The notes under the pieces were generated by a model, which saw nothing but the letters and a program-made list of their open reading frames with translations, ran no database searches and was not told where the DNA came from. DNA of 32,000 nt from Enterobacteriaceae endosymbiont of Donacia provostii (GTDB taxonomy: Bacteria > Pseudomonadota > Gammaproteobacteria > Enterobacterales > Enterobacteriaceae). The stretch covers positions 2,324 to 34,323 of the forward strand of contig NZ_CP046206.1 in the NCBI RefSeq assembly GCF_012570145.1. The letters are read 5' to 3'. Of this stretch, positions 1 through 11,593 are shown one piece after another. The translations under genes and the position numbers were made by a program. The first letter of the stretch is position 1; every line of letters begins with the position of its first letter.

Positions 1-2846
<2,846 letters not shown>

Positions 2847-2897
2847 ACAACACCAGAATCGTTTAAATTTAAATATTTAAATTACATTTAACAAAAT

Positions 2898-3018
2898 AAT
2901 CCTGGTATATATAACGCAATGGTACCACCTGAATCCATTCCGAACTCAGAAGTGAAACATTGTAGTGCCAATGGTAGTGTGAGGTCTCCTCATGTGAGAG
3001 TAGGTAAATACCAGGATA
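2898..3018 (+). rRNA. rrf: 5S ribosomal RNA
   Basis: Helix I pairs ATCCTGGTA (2899-2907) with TACCAGGAT (3009-3017). The conserved core CCGAACTCAGAAGTGAAAC...GGTAGTGTG...GAGAGTAGG is present. Lies about 50 nt after the 23S 3' end. Confidence 0.95.
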
Positions 3019-3037
3019 AAATATTTCACATTATTAA

Positions 3038-4078
3038 ATGTCATACTTAAATTATTCATTAAAAAAATTAAATACTTTTAATTTATCAACAAAAGTATAT
3101 AAATTATTTATAGTTAAAAATTTACATGATTTATGTAAACTATGGAAAGAATATGAAAAAAAATGTATGCCTTGTTTAATTTTAGGAGAGGGAAGTAATG
3201 TTTTATTTTTAAATAATTTTTATGGATTAATTATTATAAACAGAATAAAAGGCATATATATAAGAGAATCGAAAAATCATTGGAATTTACATGTTAATTC
3301 TGGAGAAAATTGGCATTATTTAGTTGAATTTACAATTAAAAATAAAATTTATGGTTTAGAAAATTTAGCATTGATACCTGGATGTGTAGGATCAGCGCCA
3401 ATCCAAAATATTGGAGCATATGGTACTAGTATAAAAAAATTTTGCAAATATGTTGATATCATTAATCCAGTAAATAAAAAAATTCAAAGGATTAATAACA
3501 AAAATTGTAATTTTAAATATAGAGATAGTATCTTTAAAAATGAATATTATAAAAAACATGTTATTATTTCAGTTGGTTTATTTTTATCAAAAAAATGGAT
3601 TCCAAATTTAGAATATTATTCTATAAAACATTTAAAAAATTACAATATTACTCCTCAAAAAATTTTTCATTATATTTGTAACATAAGGAAAAAAAAAATT
3701 CCTCATCCAAAAATACATGGTAATGCAGGTAGTTTTTTTAAAAATCCATATATATCTATAAAAAAAGGATTAAAGTTATTAAAAATTTTTCCTACAATGC
3801 CTTATATTATTAAACATCATTATATTAAATTATCTGCAGGATGGTTAATTAACCAATGTAATTTTTCTAAATGTATTTATAATGGGGTAACTGTTTATTC
3901 TAAACAGTCATTAATTATTTTAAATAAATTTAATAAATCTTCAGGTATAGATATACTTAATTTTGCAATTAAAATATATAATACTGTAGGAAAAAAATTT
4001 GATATTTGGTTAGAACCAGAAGTACGTATTATAGATAGTTATGGAGAAATAAATCCACTAATTTATTTTAAAAAATAG
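3038..4078 (+). CDS. murB: UDP-N-acetylenolpyruvoylglucosamine reductase
   Basis: 346-aa ORF collinear with E. coli MurB (ILGEGSNVLF, GLENLALIPGCVGS.PIQNIGAYG, KYRDSIFK, GNAGSFFKNP, AGWLI, WLEPEVR). Sits immediately after rrf, as in the E. coli rrnB-murB arrangement. Confidence 0.95.
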   Translation: MSYLNYSLKKLNTFNLSTKVYKLFIVKNLHDLCKLWKEYEKKCMPCLILGEGSNVLFLNNFYGLIIINRIKGIYIRESKNHWNLHVNSGENWHYLVEFTIKNKIYGLENLALIPGCVGSAPIQNIGAYGTSIKKFCKYVDIINPVNKKIQRINNKNCNFKYRDSIFKNEYYKKHVIISVGLFLSKKWIPNLEYYSIKHLKNYNITPQKIFHYICNIRKKKIPHPKIHGNAGSFFKNPYISIKKGLKLLKIFPTMPYIIKHHYIKLSAGWLINQCNFSKCIYNGVTVYSKQSLIILNKFNKSSGIDILNFAIKIYNTVGKKFDIWLEPEVRIIDSYGEINPLIYFKK

Positions 4079-4097
4079 TTAAAATATCACTTTATAT

Positions 4098-4553
4098 TTA
4101 TATATTTAATCGCTTCATAATAATTTTTAATGCTAAAACATAGCCATATGTACCTAATCCTAATATTACTCCATTAGAAATATCTGAAAAAAAAGAATTT
4201 TTTCGAAATAGTTCTCTTTTGTATATATTAGTAATATGTACTTCAATAAATGGTATTTTAATTGCTAATAAAGTATCACGTAATGCAATACTAGTATGTG
4301 TAAAAGCAGCAGGATTTAATATAATATAATTAATTTGATCTTTATATTTAATTAAATAATTTATTAATTCATATTCTGCATTAGATTGAAAATGACTTAA
4401 TTTACAATTTTTTTGATTAATTTTATTTGATAAAATTTGAATAATATCTTGTAAAGATTTATGACCATATTTATTTGGTTCTCTAATTCCTAAAAGATTT
4501 AAATTAGGACCATTTAAAACTAGAACGTGATTTTTATATTTTTTATATTTCAT
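4098..4553 (-). CDS. aroQ: 3-dehydroquinate dehydratase, type II
   Basis: 151 aa with type II DHQase signatures: [44 protein letters not shown](T)N. Confidence 0.92.
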   Translation of the reverse strand: MKYKKYKNHVLVLNGPNLNLLGIREPNKYGHKSLQDIIQILSNKINQKNCKLSHFQSNAEYELINYLIKYKDQINYIILNPAAFTHTSIALRDTLLAIKIPFIEVHITNIYKRELFRKNSFFSDISNGVILGLGTYGYVLALKIIMKRLNI

Positions 4554-4625
4554 TATTTAAAAATATATTATTAATTTAATTTTTAATTATATAATATTTA
4601 TGATAAATAATGTAAATTAATTTTA

Positions 4626-4660
4626 TTATTTATAATAAATAATATATTTATTATAAATAA
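4626..4660. repeat. perfect 16-bp inverted repeat with a 3-nt spacer in the aroQ/mreB divergent intergenic region
   Basis: TTATTTATAATAAATA (4626-4641) ATA TATTTATTATAAATAA (4645-4660), verified base by base. A 17/19 direct copy of the arm lies at 4596-4614. Confidence 0.7.
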
Positions 4661-4714
4661 AATGTTATTATGTTTGTATGTAAAATAAATTTAATTTCAT
4701 TAAAATAACTATAA

Positions 4715-5785
<1,071 letters not shown>

Positions 5786-5810
5786 TTATAATTATTAAGA
5801 TAATATATTT

Positions 5811-6632
5811 ATGAAATTAATATTTAGTAAAAAACCTATTTTTAAATTAAGAACAGTAATATTTATTATTATATCAGTTATTATTATAGTTATTGATACT
5901 TATTCTAATTTTTTTGTTAAAATAAGATATCAAACTAATAACACTATGATTCCTGTGTATTTTTTTTTAAATAAACCTTTTTTTATATATGAAAAAATAT
6001 CAAAATTTTTTATAAAAAAAAATGTAATACTTAAAAATAATAAATATCTATTTAGTAAAATTTTACAACAAAATATGAAATTATTTTCTTTAAAAGAAAT
6101 TGAAGAAGAAAATAATCATTTAAGAAATATTTTACATTTACCTGTCCTAAAAGAAAAAAATAGTATTTTAGCAAAAATAATACCAGTTATATTACCCAGA
6201 TGTAAAAATGAAATTTTTATTAATAAAGGATCTAAAGATAATGTTTTCTTAGGTACAATAGTACTTAATGAACAAGGTGTAGTAGGACAAGTTATATCAA
6301 CTAGAAAACAAAGTAGTCAAGTTTTATTAATTTGCAATAAAAAATTTTCTTTACCAGTACAATTACAAAATAGTGATACTAAATTCATTATTAATGGTAA
6401 TGGGTGTACAAAACCTTTAAAATCTGAATACATATCTACTGATATAAATCTTAAAAAAGGAGATATATTAGTAACATCTGGTTTAGATGAACAATATCCT
6501 TATGGGTATCCTGTTGGTACTATTACTAATGTAATTTTAGATAAAGAAAAAAATTTAAATATAGCTTATATTAAGCCATTTATAAAAATGGAAACAATAA
6601 AATATGTATTATTACTAATAAATTCTCAATAA
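5811..6632 (+). CDS. mreC: rod-shape-determining protein MreC (lacks the Pro-rich C-terminal extension of E. coli MreC)
   Basis: Lies directly after mreB. Has an N-terminal TM segment, a coiled-coil (EEENNHLRNIL), and conserved GVVGQV...S.V.LI and GD.LVTSGLD..YP.GYPVG motifs. Confidence 0.88.
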   Translation: MKLIFSKKPIFKLRTVIFIIISVIIIVIDTYSNFFVKIRYQTNNTMIPVYFFLNKPFFIYEKISKFFIKKNVILKNNKYLFSKILQQNMKLFSLKEIEEENNHLRNILHLPVLKEKNSILAKIIPVILPRCKNEIFINKGSKDNVFLGTIVLNEQGVVGQVISTRKQSSQVLLICNKKFSLPVQLQNSDTKFIINGNGCTKPLKSEYISTDINLKKGDILVTSGLDEQYPYGYPVGTITNVILDKEKNLNIAYIKPFIKMETIKYVLLLINSQ

Positions 6633-6635
6633 AAT

Positions 6636-7118
6636 ATGAAAAATTATCTTTTTACATTTTTTGTTTATATAACATATATGATATCATTTTTTTTACAAAT
6701 TTCTTTGACTAAAAATAGTAATATTATTTTACATATATCATGGTTAATATTAATTTTAATTTATTGGATATTATCTTATCCATATAAAATTAATATTATT
6801 AATAGTTTTATTATTGGATTAATGATAGATTTTTTTACAAATTATATTTTAGGAATACATAGTTTATTATTATGTATAATGACATATTTTATATTATATA
6901 ATCATCAATTTATTATTCACTTAAATGTAATAAATAAATTCTTATTTATAATTTGTATCTTATTTATAATAAATTTTATTATTTATACAATAAATGACGT
7001 AAATTTTAATTATCTAACATTATCATTACAAAGTATTTTAAATGGTTGTATATGGATAACTATGTATTTTTATTTAAAGAAACTTTATTTTAGATATAAA
7101 AATTTTCTTCTTTCTTAA
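6636..7118 (+). CDS. mreD: rod-shape-determining protein MreD
   Basis: 160-aa polytopic hydrophobic ORF starting 3 nt after mreC. Size and position match MreD. Sequence-level similarity is weak. Confidence 0.75.
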   Translation: MKNYLFTFFVYITYMISFFLQISLTKNSNIILHISWLILILIYWILSYPYKINIINSFIIGLMIDFFTNYILGIHSLLLCIMTYFILYNHQFIIHLNVINKFLFIICILFIINFIIYTINDVNFNYLTLSLQSILNGCIWITMYFYLKKLYFRYKNFLLS

Positions 7119-7119
7119 G

Positions 7120-7160
7120 AAAATAAACATTATCTATTTTTGGATAATGTTTATTTTTTT
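7120..7160. terminator. bidirectional intrinsic terminator between convergent mreD and tusE
   Basis: Perfect 15-bp stem AAAATAAACATTATC (7120-7134) / GATAATGTTTATTTT (7143-7157) with an 8-nt loop. The T-run continues to 7160 on the + strand, and the - strand reading also runs into T-rich sequence. Confidence 0.6.
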
Positions 7161-7177
7161 AAATATTTAATAAAAAA

Positions 7178-7480
7178 CTATAAACAAATATTATTATTTG
7201 GAATTCCTGCAATTTTTGAAGCTTGTTTAATAACTCCATTAGGAAATAAATTAAATAAACTTACACTATCCCATATTTCATCTTTATATTGTTTTTTAAG
7301 TTTATTAATTAATATTCTTAAATTTGGATGTATTTTATATTTAAAATATAAATTACGTAATGTATATATTACTTTCCAATGATTACTATTTAATTTAATT
7401 TTTTCTAAATTAGCTATTTTAATAGCTAATTTTATATTCCATATTATACTATTTTCTTTATTATTTAAATAAACATTCAT
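7178..7480 (-). CDS. tusE: sulfurtransferase TusE (DsrC family) of the 2-thiouridine sulfur relay
   Basis: 100 aa. HWKVIYTLRNLY and the C-terminal LFPNG..KQASKIAGIPNNNICL match E. coli TusE (HWEVVRFVRDFY ... [23 protein letters not shown]), including the penultimate catalytic Cys. Confidence 0.88.
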   Translation of the reverse strand: MNVYLNNKENSIIWNIKLAIKIANLEKIKLNSNHWKVIYTLRNLYFKYKIHPNLRILINKLKKQYKDEIWDSVSLFNLFPNGVIKQASKIAGIPNNNICL

Positions 7481-7498
7481 TTTAATGATTAATATTTT

Positions 7499-7583
7499 AG
7501 GAGGAAGAGAGATTCGAACTCTCGAATAGTTTCCTATTTCCGGTTTTCAAGACCGGTGCCTTCAACCACTCGGCCATTCCTCC
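7499..7583 (-). tRNA. tRNA-Ser (anticodon UGA), class II with long variable arm, no encoded CCA
   Basis: The reverse complement GGAGGAATGGCCGAGTGGTTGAAGGCACCGGTCTTGAAAACCGG...GAGAGTTCGAATCTCTCTTCCTCC folds as a cloverleaf. Acceptor is GGAGGAA/TTCCTCC and the anticodon loop is CTTGAAA. Confidence 0.93.
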
Positions 7584-7668
7584 ATTTAAAATATAAAAAA
7601 TTTGTAATAATATATATAATATTATATTTTTAAAAAAAATTAAAGTTAATATTTTAATTAATCATTAT

Positions 7669-8535
7669 ATGAAAAATAATAATATTCAAATAGGTAGATT
7701 ATATATAGTAGCTACACCAATTGGTAATTATAGTGATATAAGTCAAAGAGCACTAAATACTTTAAAAAAAGTAAATTTTATTTTAGCAGAAGATACTAGA
7801 AAAACAGGATTATTATTAAATTATTTTCATATTAAAAAAAAATTATATTCATATTATGAATATAATGAAAAAAAAAATACTACAAAATTTTTAGAAAAAA
7901 TTAATAAAGGTTATAATGTAGCATTAGTATCTGATGCAGGTACTCCATTAATTAATGATCCTGGATATAGAATGATTAAATTATGCCGTGAAAAATATTT
8001 AAATATAAGAATTATATCAATTCCAGGACCATGTTCAGCTATTGTAGCTTTATCAATATCTGGTTTACCAACAAATAGGTTTTGTTATGAAGGATTTTTA
8101 TCTAATAAAAAAAGTAAAAGAATTAAAAGATTATATGAATTAAAATCAGAATATAGAACTATTATTTTATATGAATCAACTCATAGATTGTTAAAATGTT
8201 TATATGATATAAAAAATATTTTTGGAAAAAAAAGATATATAGTTATTGCAAGAGAATTAACAAAAAAATGGGAAAATATACATGGAGATTATATTTCTAA
8301 TTTAATAAAATGGATTAAATTAGATTTAAATCAAATAAAAGGAGAAATTGTTTTAATTATTAGTGGATATAAAAAATCTAATAATATAAAAGATAAAATA
8401 TCTTCTAAAATTAAAAAAACATTTTTCTCTTTGAAAAAAGAATTAGCTTTAAAAAAAGCTATAAATATTACTGCAAATATATATTCTATTAAAAAAAATT
8501 TATTATATAAATTCTATTTAAAAAATAAAGATTGA
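7669..8535 (+). CDS. rsmI: 16S rRNA (cytidine1402-2'-O)-methyltransferase
   Basis: 288 aa collinear with E. coli RsmI/YraL (LYIV.TPIGN..DI.QRAL, AEDTR.TG.LL, VSDAGTPLINDPGY, PGPC.AI.ALS.SGLP..RF.YEGFL, YESTHRL, ARELTK.WE). Confidence 0.93.
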   Translation: MKNNNIQIGRLYIVATPIGNYSDISQRALNTLKKVNFILAEDTRKTGLLLNYFHIKKKLYSYYEYNEKKNTTKFLEKINKGYNVALVSDAGTPLINDPGYRMIKLCREKYLNIRIISIPGPCSAIVALSISGLPTNRFCYEGFLSNKKSKRIKRLYELKSEYRTIILYESTHRLLKCLYDIKNIFGKKRYIVIARELTKKWENIHGDYISNLIKWIKLDLNQIKGEIVLIISGYKKSNNIKDKISSKIKKTFFSLKKELALKKAINITANIYSIKKNLLYKFYLKNKD

Positions 8536-8559
8536 TATATATATTTAATATATTATAAT
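8532..8559 (+). promoter_or_regulatory. sigma70-type promoter for rnpB
   Basis: -35 TTGATA (8532-8537, overlapping the rsmI TGA stop), 16-nt spacer, -10 TATAAT (8554-8559). The predicted start, about 7 nt downstream, coincides with the 5' strand of RNase P RNA helix P1 (8567). Confidence 0.55.
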
Positions 8560-8566
8560 CTTTATT

Positions 8567-8922
8567 TATAGAGTTAATAAAAAACAGTCGCTTTTATAAT
8601 TAAATAAAAGAGGAAAGTCCGGACTCCATAGGGTATGGTGCCAGATAATTTCTGGGAAGTGTAAACTTACGAATAGTGCAACAGAAAAAATACCGCTAAT
8701 TTAATATTTACAATATTAGTAAGGGTGAAAAGGTATGGTAAAAGCATACCGGTATATTAGTAATAATATATGTCAATGTAAACTCCACCAGGAGCAAGGC
8801 TAAATATAGGTTTGTATTACCCGTACTATAAACCGGGGTCAGCTGCTTGAAATAATAAGTAATTATTATTCTAGATAAATGACTGTTCTAAGACAGAATC
8901 CGGCTTAAAAAATAACTTTATA
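8567..8922 (+). ncRNA. rnpB: RNase P RNA (bacterial type A, M1 RNA)
   Basis: Universal P4 strands GAGGAAAGTCCGGACTCCATAGGG... and ...ACAGAATCCGGCTTA are present, along with GTGCAACAGAAA, GTAAGGGTGAAAAGGT and AAACTCCACC.GGAGCAAGGC. P1 can form between TATAGAGTTA (8567-8576) and TAACTTTATA (8913-8922). P3 is reduced to an AT hairpin CTTTTAT/ATAAAAG. Confidence 0.93.
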
Positions 8923-8946
8923 ATTAGCATAATTTTATATTTAAAA

Positions 8947-9795
8947 TTATGCTTTTTCATAGGCATATAAAATATTTTTCATTAAAGTAGCTACAGTTAT
9001 TGGTCCTATTCCTCCAGGTACAGGTGTAATATAAGAAGCCCTTTTTTTAGCTTGTTCAAATTGAATGTCACCTACAATTTTATTATTATTAATTCTATTA
9101 ATTCCAACATCAATAACAATTGCACCTAATTTTATCCATTTACCTGGTATAAAATTAGGTTTACCAACAGCTACTATTAATAAATCAGCATATTTTATAT
9201 GATATTTTAAATTTTTTGTAAAACGATGAGTAATAGTAATTGTACATCCTACTAATAATAATTCCATAGCTATAGGACGACCTACTATAATTGAATCACC
9301 TACAATTACAGTATTTAATCCATAAGTATTAATTTTATAATATTTTAATAATTTCAATATACCTAAAGAAGTACAAGCACGTAAAATAGGAAATCCTTGA
9401 CATAAATGTCCAATATTATAAGGATGTAAACCATCTACATCTTTTTTAGGATTTATTGTTTCTATTATTTTAATAAAATTAATTTTTTTAGGTAAAGGTA
9501 ATTGTATTAAAATACCATCTATATAATTATTGTTATTTAATAAATTAATTATTTTTAAAATTTCACTTTCATTAATTTTATTAGATAAATTATAATAATA
9601 ATAAAAAAACCCTAATTTTTTACACATTTCTAATTTATTTTTTATATAAATTTGAGATGATAAATTATTTCCAACTAATATAACTCCTAAACCAGGTTTT
9701 CTTTTTTTATATAAAAAAAGATTTTTCATTTTTTTATATATTTTAATATATATTTCTTTGGCAATAATATGTCCATTAATAATTTTAGCATTCAT
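8947..9795 (-). CDS. folD: bifunctional methylenetetrahydrofolate dehydrogenase/cyclohydrolase
   Basis: 282 aa collinear with E. coli FolD ([37 protein letters not shown]...[59 protein letters not shown]). Confidence 0.96.
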   Translation of the reverse strand: MNAKIINGHIIAKEIYIKIYKKMKNLFLYKKRKPGLGVILVGNNLSSQIYIKNKLEMCKKLGFFYYYYNLSNKINESEILKIINLLNNNNYIDGILIQLPLPKKINFIKIIETINPKKDVDGLHPYNIGHLCQGFPILRACTSLGILKLLKYYKINTYGLNTVIVGDSIIVGRPIAMELLLVGCTITITHRFTKNLKYHIKYADLLIVAVGKPNFIPGKWIKLGAIVIDVGINRINNNKIVGDIQFEQAKKRASYITPVPGGIGPITVATLMKNILYAYEKA

Positions 9796-9887
9796 TTAAG
9801 ATAACTCATTATAAAAAATAATAAATAAAATAATTTAATTAATTTGAATATATATCATAATAATGATATATTACTTATAATATTTTT

Positions 9888-9961
9888 GCGCTCTTAGCTC
9901 AGTTGGATAGAGCAATAGCCTTCTAAGCTATTTGTCACAGGTTCAAATCCTGTAGAGCGCA
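9888..9961 (+). tRNA. tRNA-Arg (anticodon UCU), no encoded CCA
   Basis: GCGCTCTTAGCTCAGTTGGATAGAGCAATAGCCTTCTAAGCTATTTGTCACAGGTTCAAATCCTGTAGAGCGCA. Acceptor is GCGCTCT/AGAGCGC and the anticodon loop is CTTCTAA. A TATAAT lies at 9876-9881, just upstream. Confidence 0.93.
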
Positions 9962-9988
9962 AAATAATTTAAACAAAAAATATTAAAT

Positions 9989-11161
9989 TTATTCAAGATT
10001 TTTAATACATACATAAAAAGATTGTTTTAAATCTTCTATTAAATCTTTTGGATTTTCAATTATAATAGACAAACGTAAAAGTGAATTGGAAATTCCTGTA
10101 TTTTTTATTTCTTTTGGAGTTATACAAGAATATGTCATTGTAGATGAATGAGAAATTAAACTTTCCATACCTCCAAAAGATTCAGCTAAAGTAAATAATT
10201 TTAATGAATGTAAAAATATTTTTAACATCTTTTTAGAACCATTAAATTCAAAACTCAATACAGCTCCAAAAATTTTTTGTTGCTTTTTAGCTATTTCATG
10301 ACCAATATTATCTATAATTGATGGATGATATATTTTTTTAACTAATTTATGTTTTTTTAAAAATTCAATTATTATTAATGTATTTTTTTGAGCTATTTTT
10401 AATCTCGGATATAATGTTCTCATTCCTCTTAATAATAAATAACTGTCAAATATAGAACTAGTTATTCCTATATTATTATCACACCATAATAATTTATTAA
10501 GATAATTAAGATTTTTAGTAATAATAGTACCAATAATTATATCAGAGTTTCCATTTAAATATTTAGTACATGAATGTATTACTATGTTAGCTCCTAAATT
10601 TAATGAATTTTGTAATAAAGAACTTAATAATGTGTTATAAACAACACTAAGTGCATTTAAATATTTAATTTTATGACAATAATAAGTTATATTAATAACC
10701 CTTAATAAGAGGTTGCTAGGAGTTTCCATAAATATTAGTTTAGGTTTATTTTTTATAACATGTAAAAATTTTTTTTTATTATACATAGCTATAAATTTAA
10801 TTTTATATATTCCCCTATCTTGTAAACTTTTAAATAATCTAAAACTATCACCATAACAATCTTTAGGACAGATAATTAAATCTCCTGGTTTTAAAAAAAT
10901 AATAATTGTTAAATAAATTACAGCCATCCTACTACTAGTTAGTATACATCCTAAACCATTTTTTAATAATGAAATAATTTTTTGTACAGAATCTCTTGTA
11001 GGATTACTTTTTCTTGAATAATTATATTTTCTAGGTTTATTAAAACCTTTAAAACTATATGTACTAGTTAAATACAAAGGAGATAAAACACTCCCATATT
11101 TTTTATCTGTATTTAATCTTTCATAAACAGATAATGTTCTTCTTTTATAAGAATGTATCAT
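9989..11161 (-). CDS. metB: cystathionine gamma-synthase-like PLP enzyme (Cys/Met metabolism family, closest to MetB), with atypical active-site residues
   Basis: 390 aa, collinear end to end with my recollection of E. coli MetB (YSR..NPTR, FLKPGDL...DCYG.S.RLF, KPKL...E.PSN.LLRV, HSCTKYLNG.SD, FDSYLLLRG.RTL, FTLAES.GG.ESLISH, LLR.S). The Schiff-base Lys (K200) is present. See the finding on Y175 and R78. Confidence 0.85.
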   Translation of the reverse strand: MIHSYKRRTLSVYERLNTDKKYGSVLSPLYLTSTYSFKGFNKPRKYNYSRKSNPTRDSVQKIISLLKNGLGCILTSSRMAVIYLTIIIFLKPGDLIICPKDCYGDSFRLFKSLQDRGIYKIKFIAMYNKKKFLHVIKNKPKLIFMETPSNLLLRVINITYYCHKIKYLNALSVVYNTLLSSLLQNSLNLGANIVIHSCTKYLNGNSDIIIGTIITKNLNYLNKLLWCDNNIGITSSIFDSYLLLRGMRTLYPRLKIAQKNTLIIIEFLKKHKLVKKIYHPSIIDNIGHEIAKKQQKIFGAVLSFEFNGSKKMLKIFLHSLKLFTLAESFGGMESLISHSSTMTYSCITPKEIKNTGISNSLLRLSIIIENPKDLIEDLKQSFYVCIKNLE

Positions 11162-11290
11162 ATTTATTTATAAATAATTATATAATATATAATTTACTAT
11201 ATATTAAAATATAAATATGCATATATTTTTAATAATTTATTAATAATTAATATCTAATATTTTATATATTATAAAAACAAGCATATTTTT

Positions 11291-11363
11291 TGGGTCGTAC
11301 AGGATTTGAACCTGTGACCAATTGATTAAAAGTCAACTGCTCTACCAACTGAGCTAACGACCC
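11291..11363 (-). tRNA. tRNA-Lys (anticodon UUU), no encoded CCA
   Basis: The reverse complement is GGGTCGTTAGCTCAGTTGGTAGAGCAGTTGACTTTTAATCAATTGGTCACAGGTTCAAATCCTGTACGACCCA, with anticodon loop CTTTTAA. Confidence 0.94.
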
Positions 11364-11384
11364 AAATTTATTTTATTTAATTTA

Positions 11385-11457
11385 TGGGTGATGACGGATT
11401 TGAACCGCCGACCCCCTCCTTGTAAGGGAGATACTCTACCAACTGAGCTAATCACCC
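11385..11457 (-). tRNA. tRNA-Val (anticodon UAC), no encoded CCA
   Basis: The reverse complement is GGGTGATTAGCTCAGTTGGTAGAGTATCTCCCTTACAAGGAGGGGGTCGGCGGTTCAAATCCGTCATCACCCA, with anticodon loop CTTACAA. Val-Lys order next to gltX mirrors E. coli valU..lysV. Confidence 0.93.
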
Positions 11458-11469
11458 AATAATATCTAT

Positions 11470-11499
11470 ATGCTATTCTTTTTATTACTTAAATGTCAA
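11470..11499 (-). promoter_or_regulatory. candidate sigma70 promoter for the tRNA-Val/tRNA-Lys unit
   Basis: On the minus strand: perfect -35 TTGACA (11499-11494), 18-nt spacer, -10 TAGCAT (11475-11470). The tRNA-Val 5' end is about 13 nt downstream. Confidence 0.4.
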
Positions 11500-11593
11500 T
11501 ATTTTTATTAAAATTTTTATAAAAAAAAATATAATTATTATATTATAATAAAAATATTATAATTTAAAATTAAAATTAATAATTTTATATATT

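Noticed and set aside
7140-7382. 80-aa plus-strand ORF overlapping tusE
   Set aside because: It starts with TTG inside the mreD/tusE terminator stem and runs antisense to a well-supported tusE. Its low-complexity hydrophobic translation is typical of antisense frames in AT-rich DNA.
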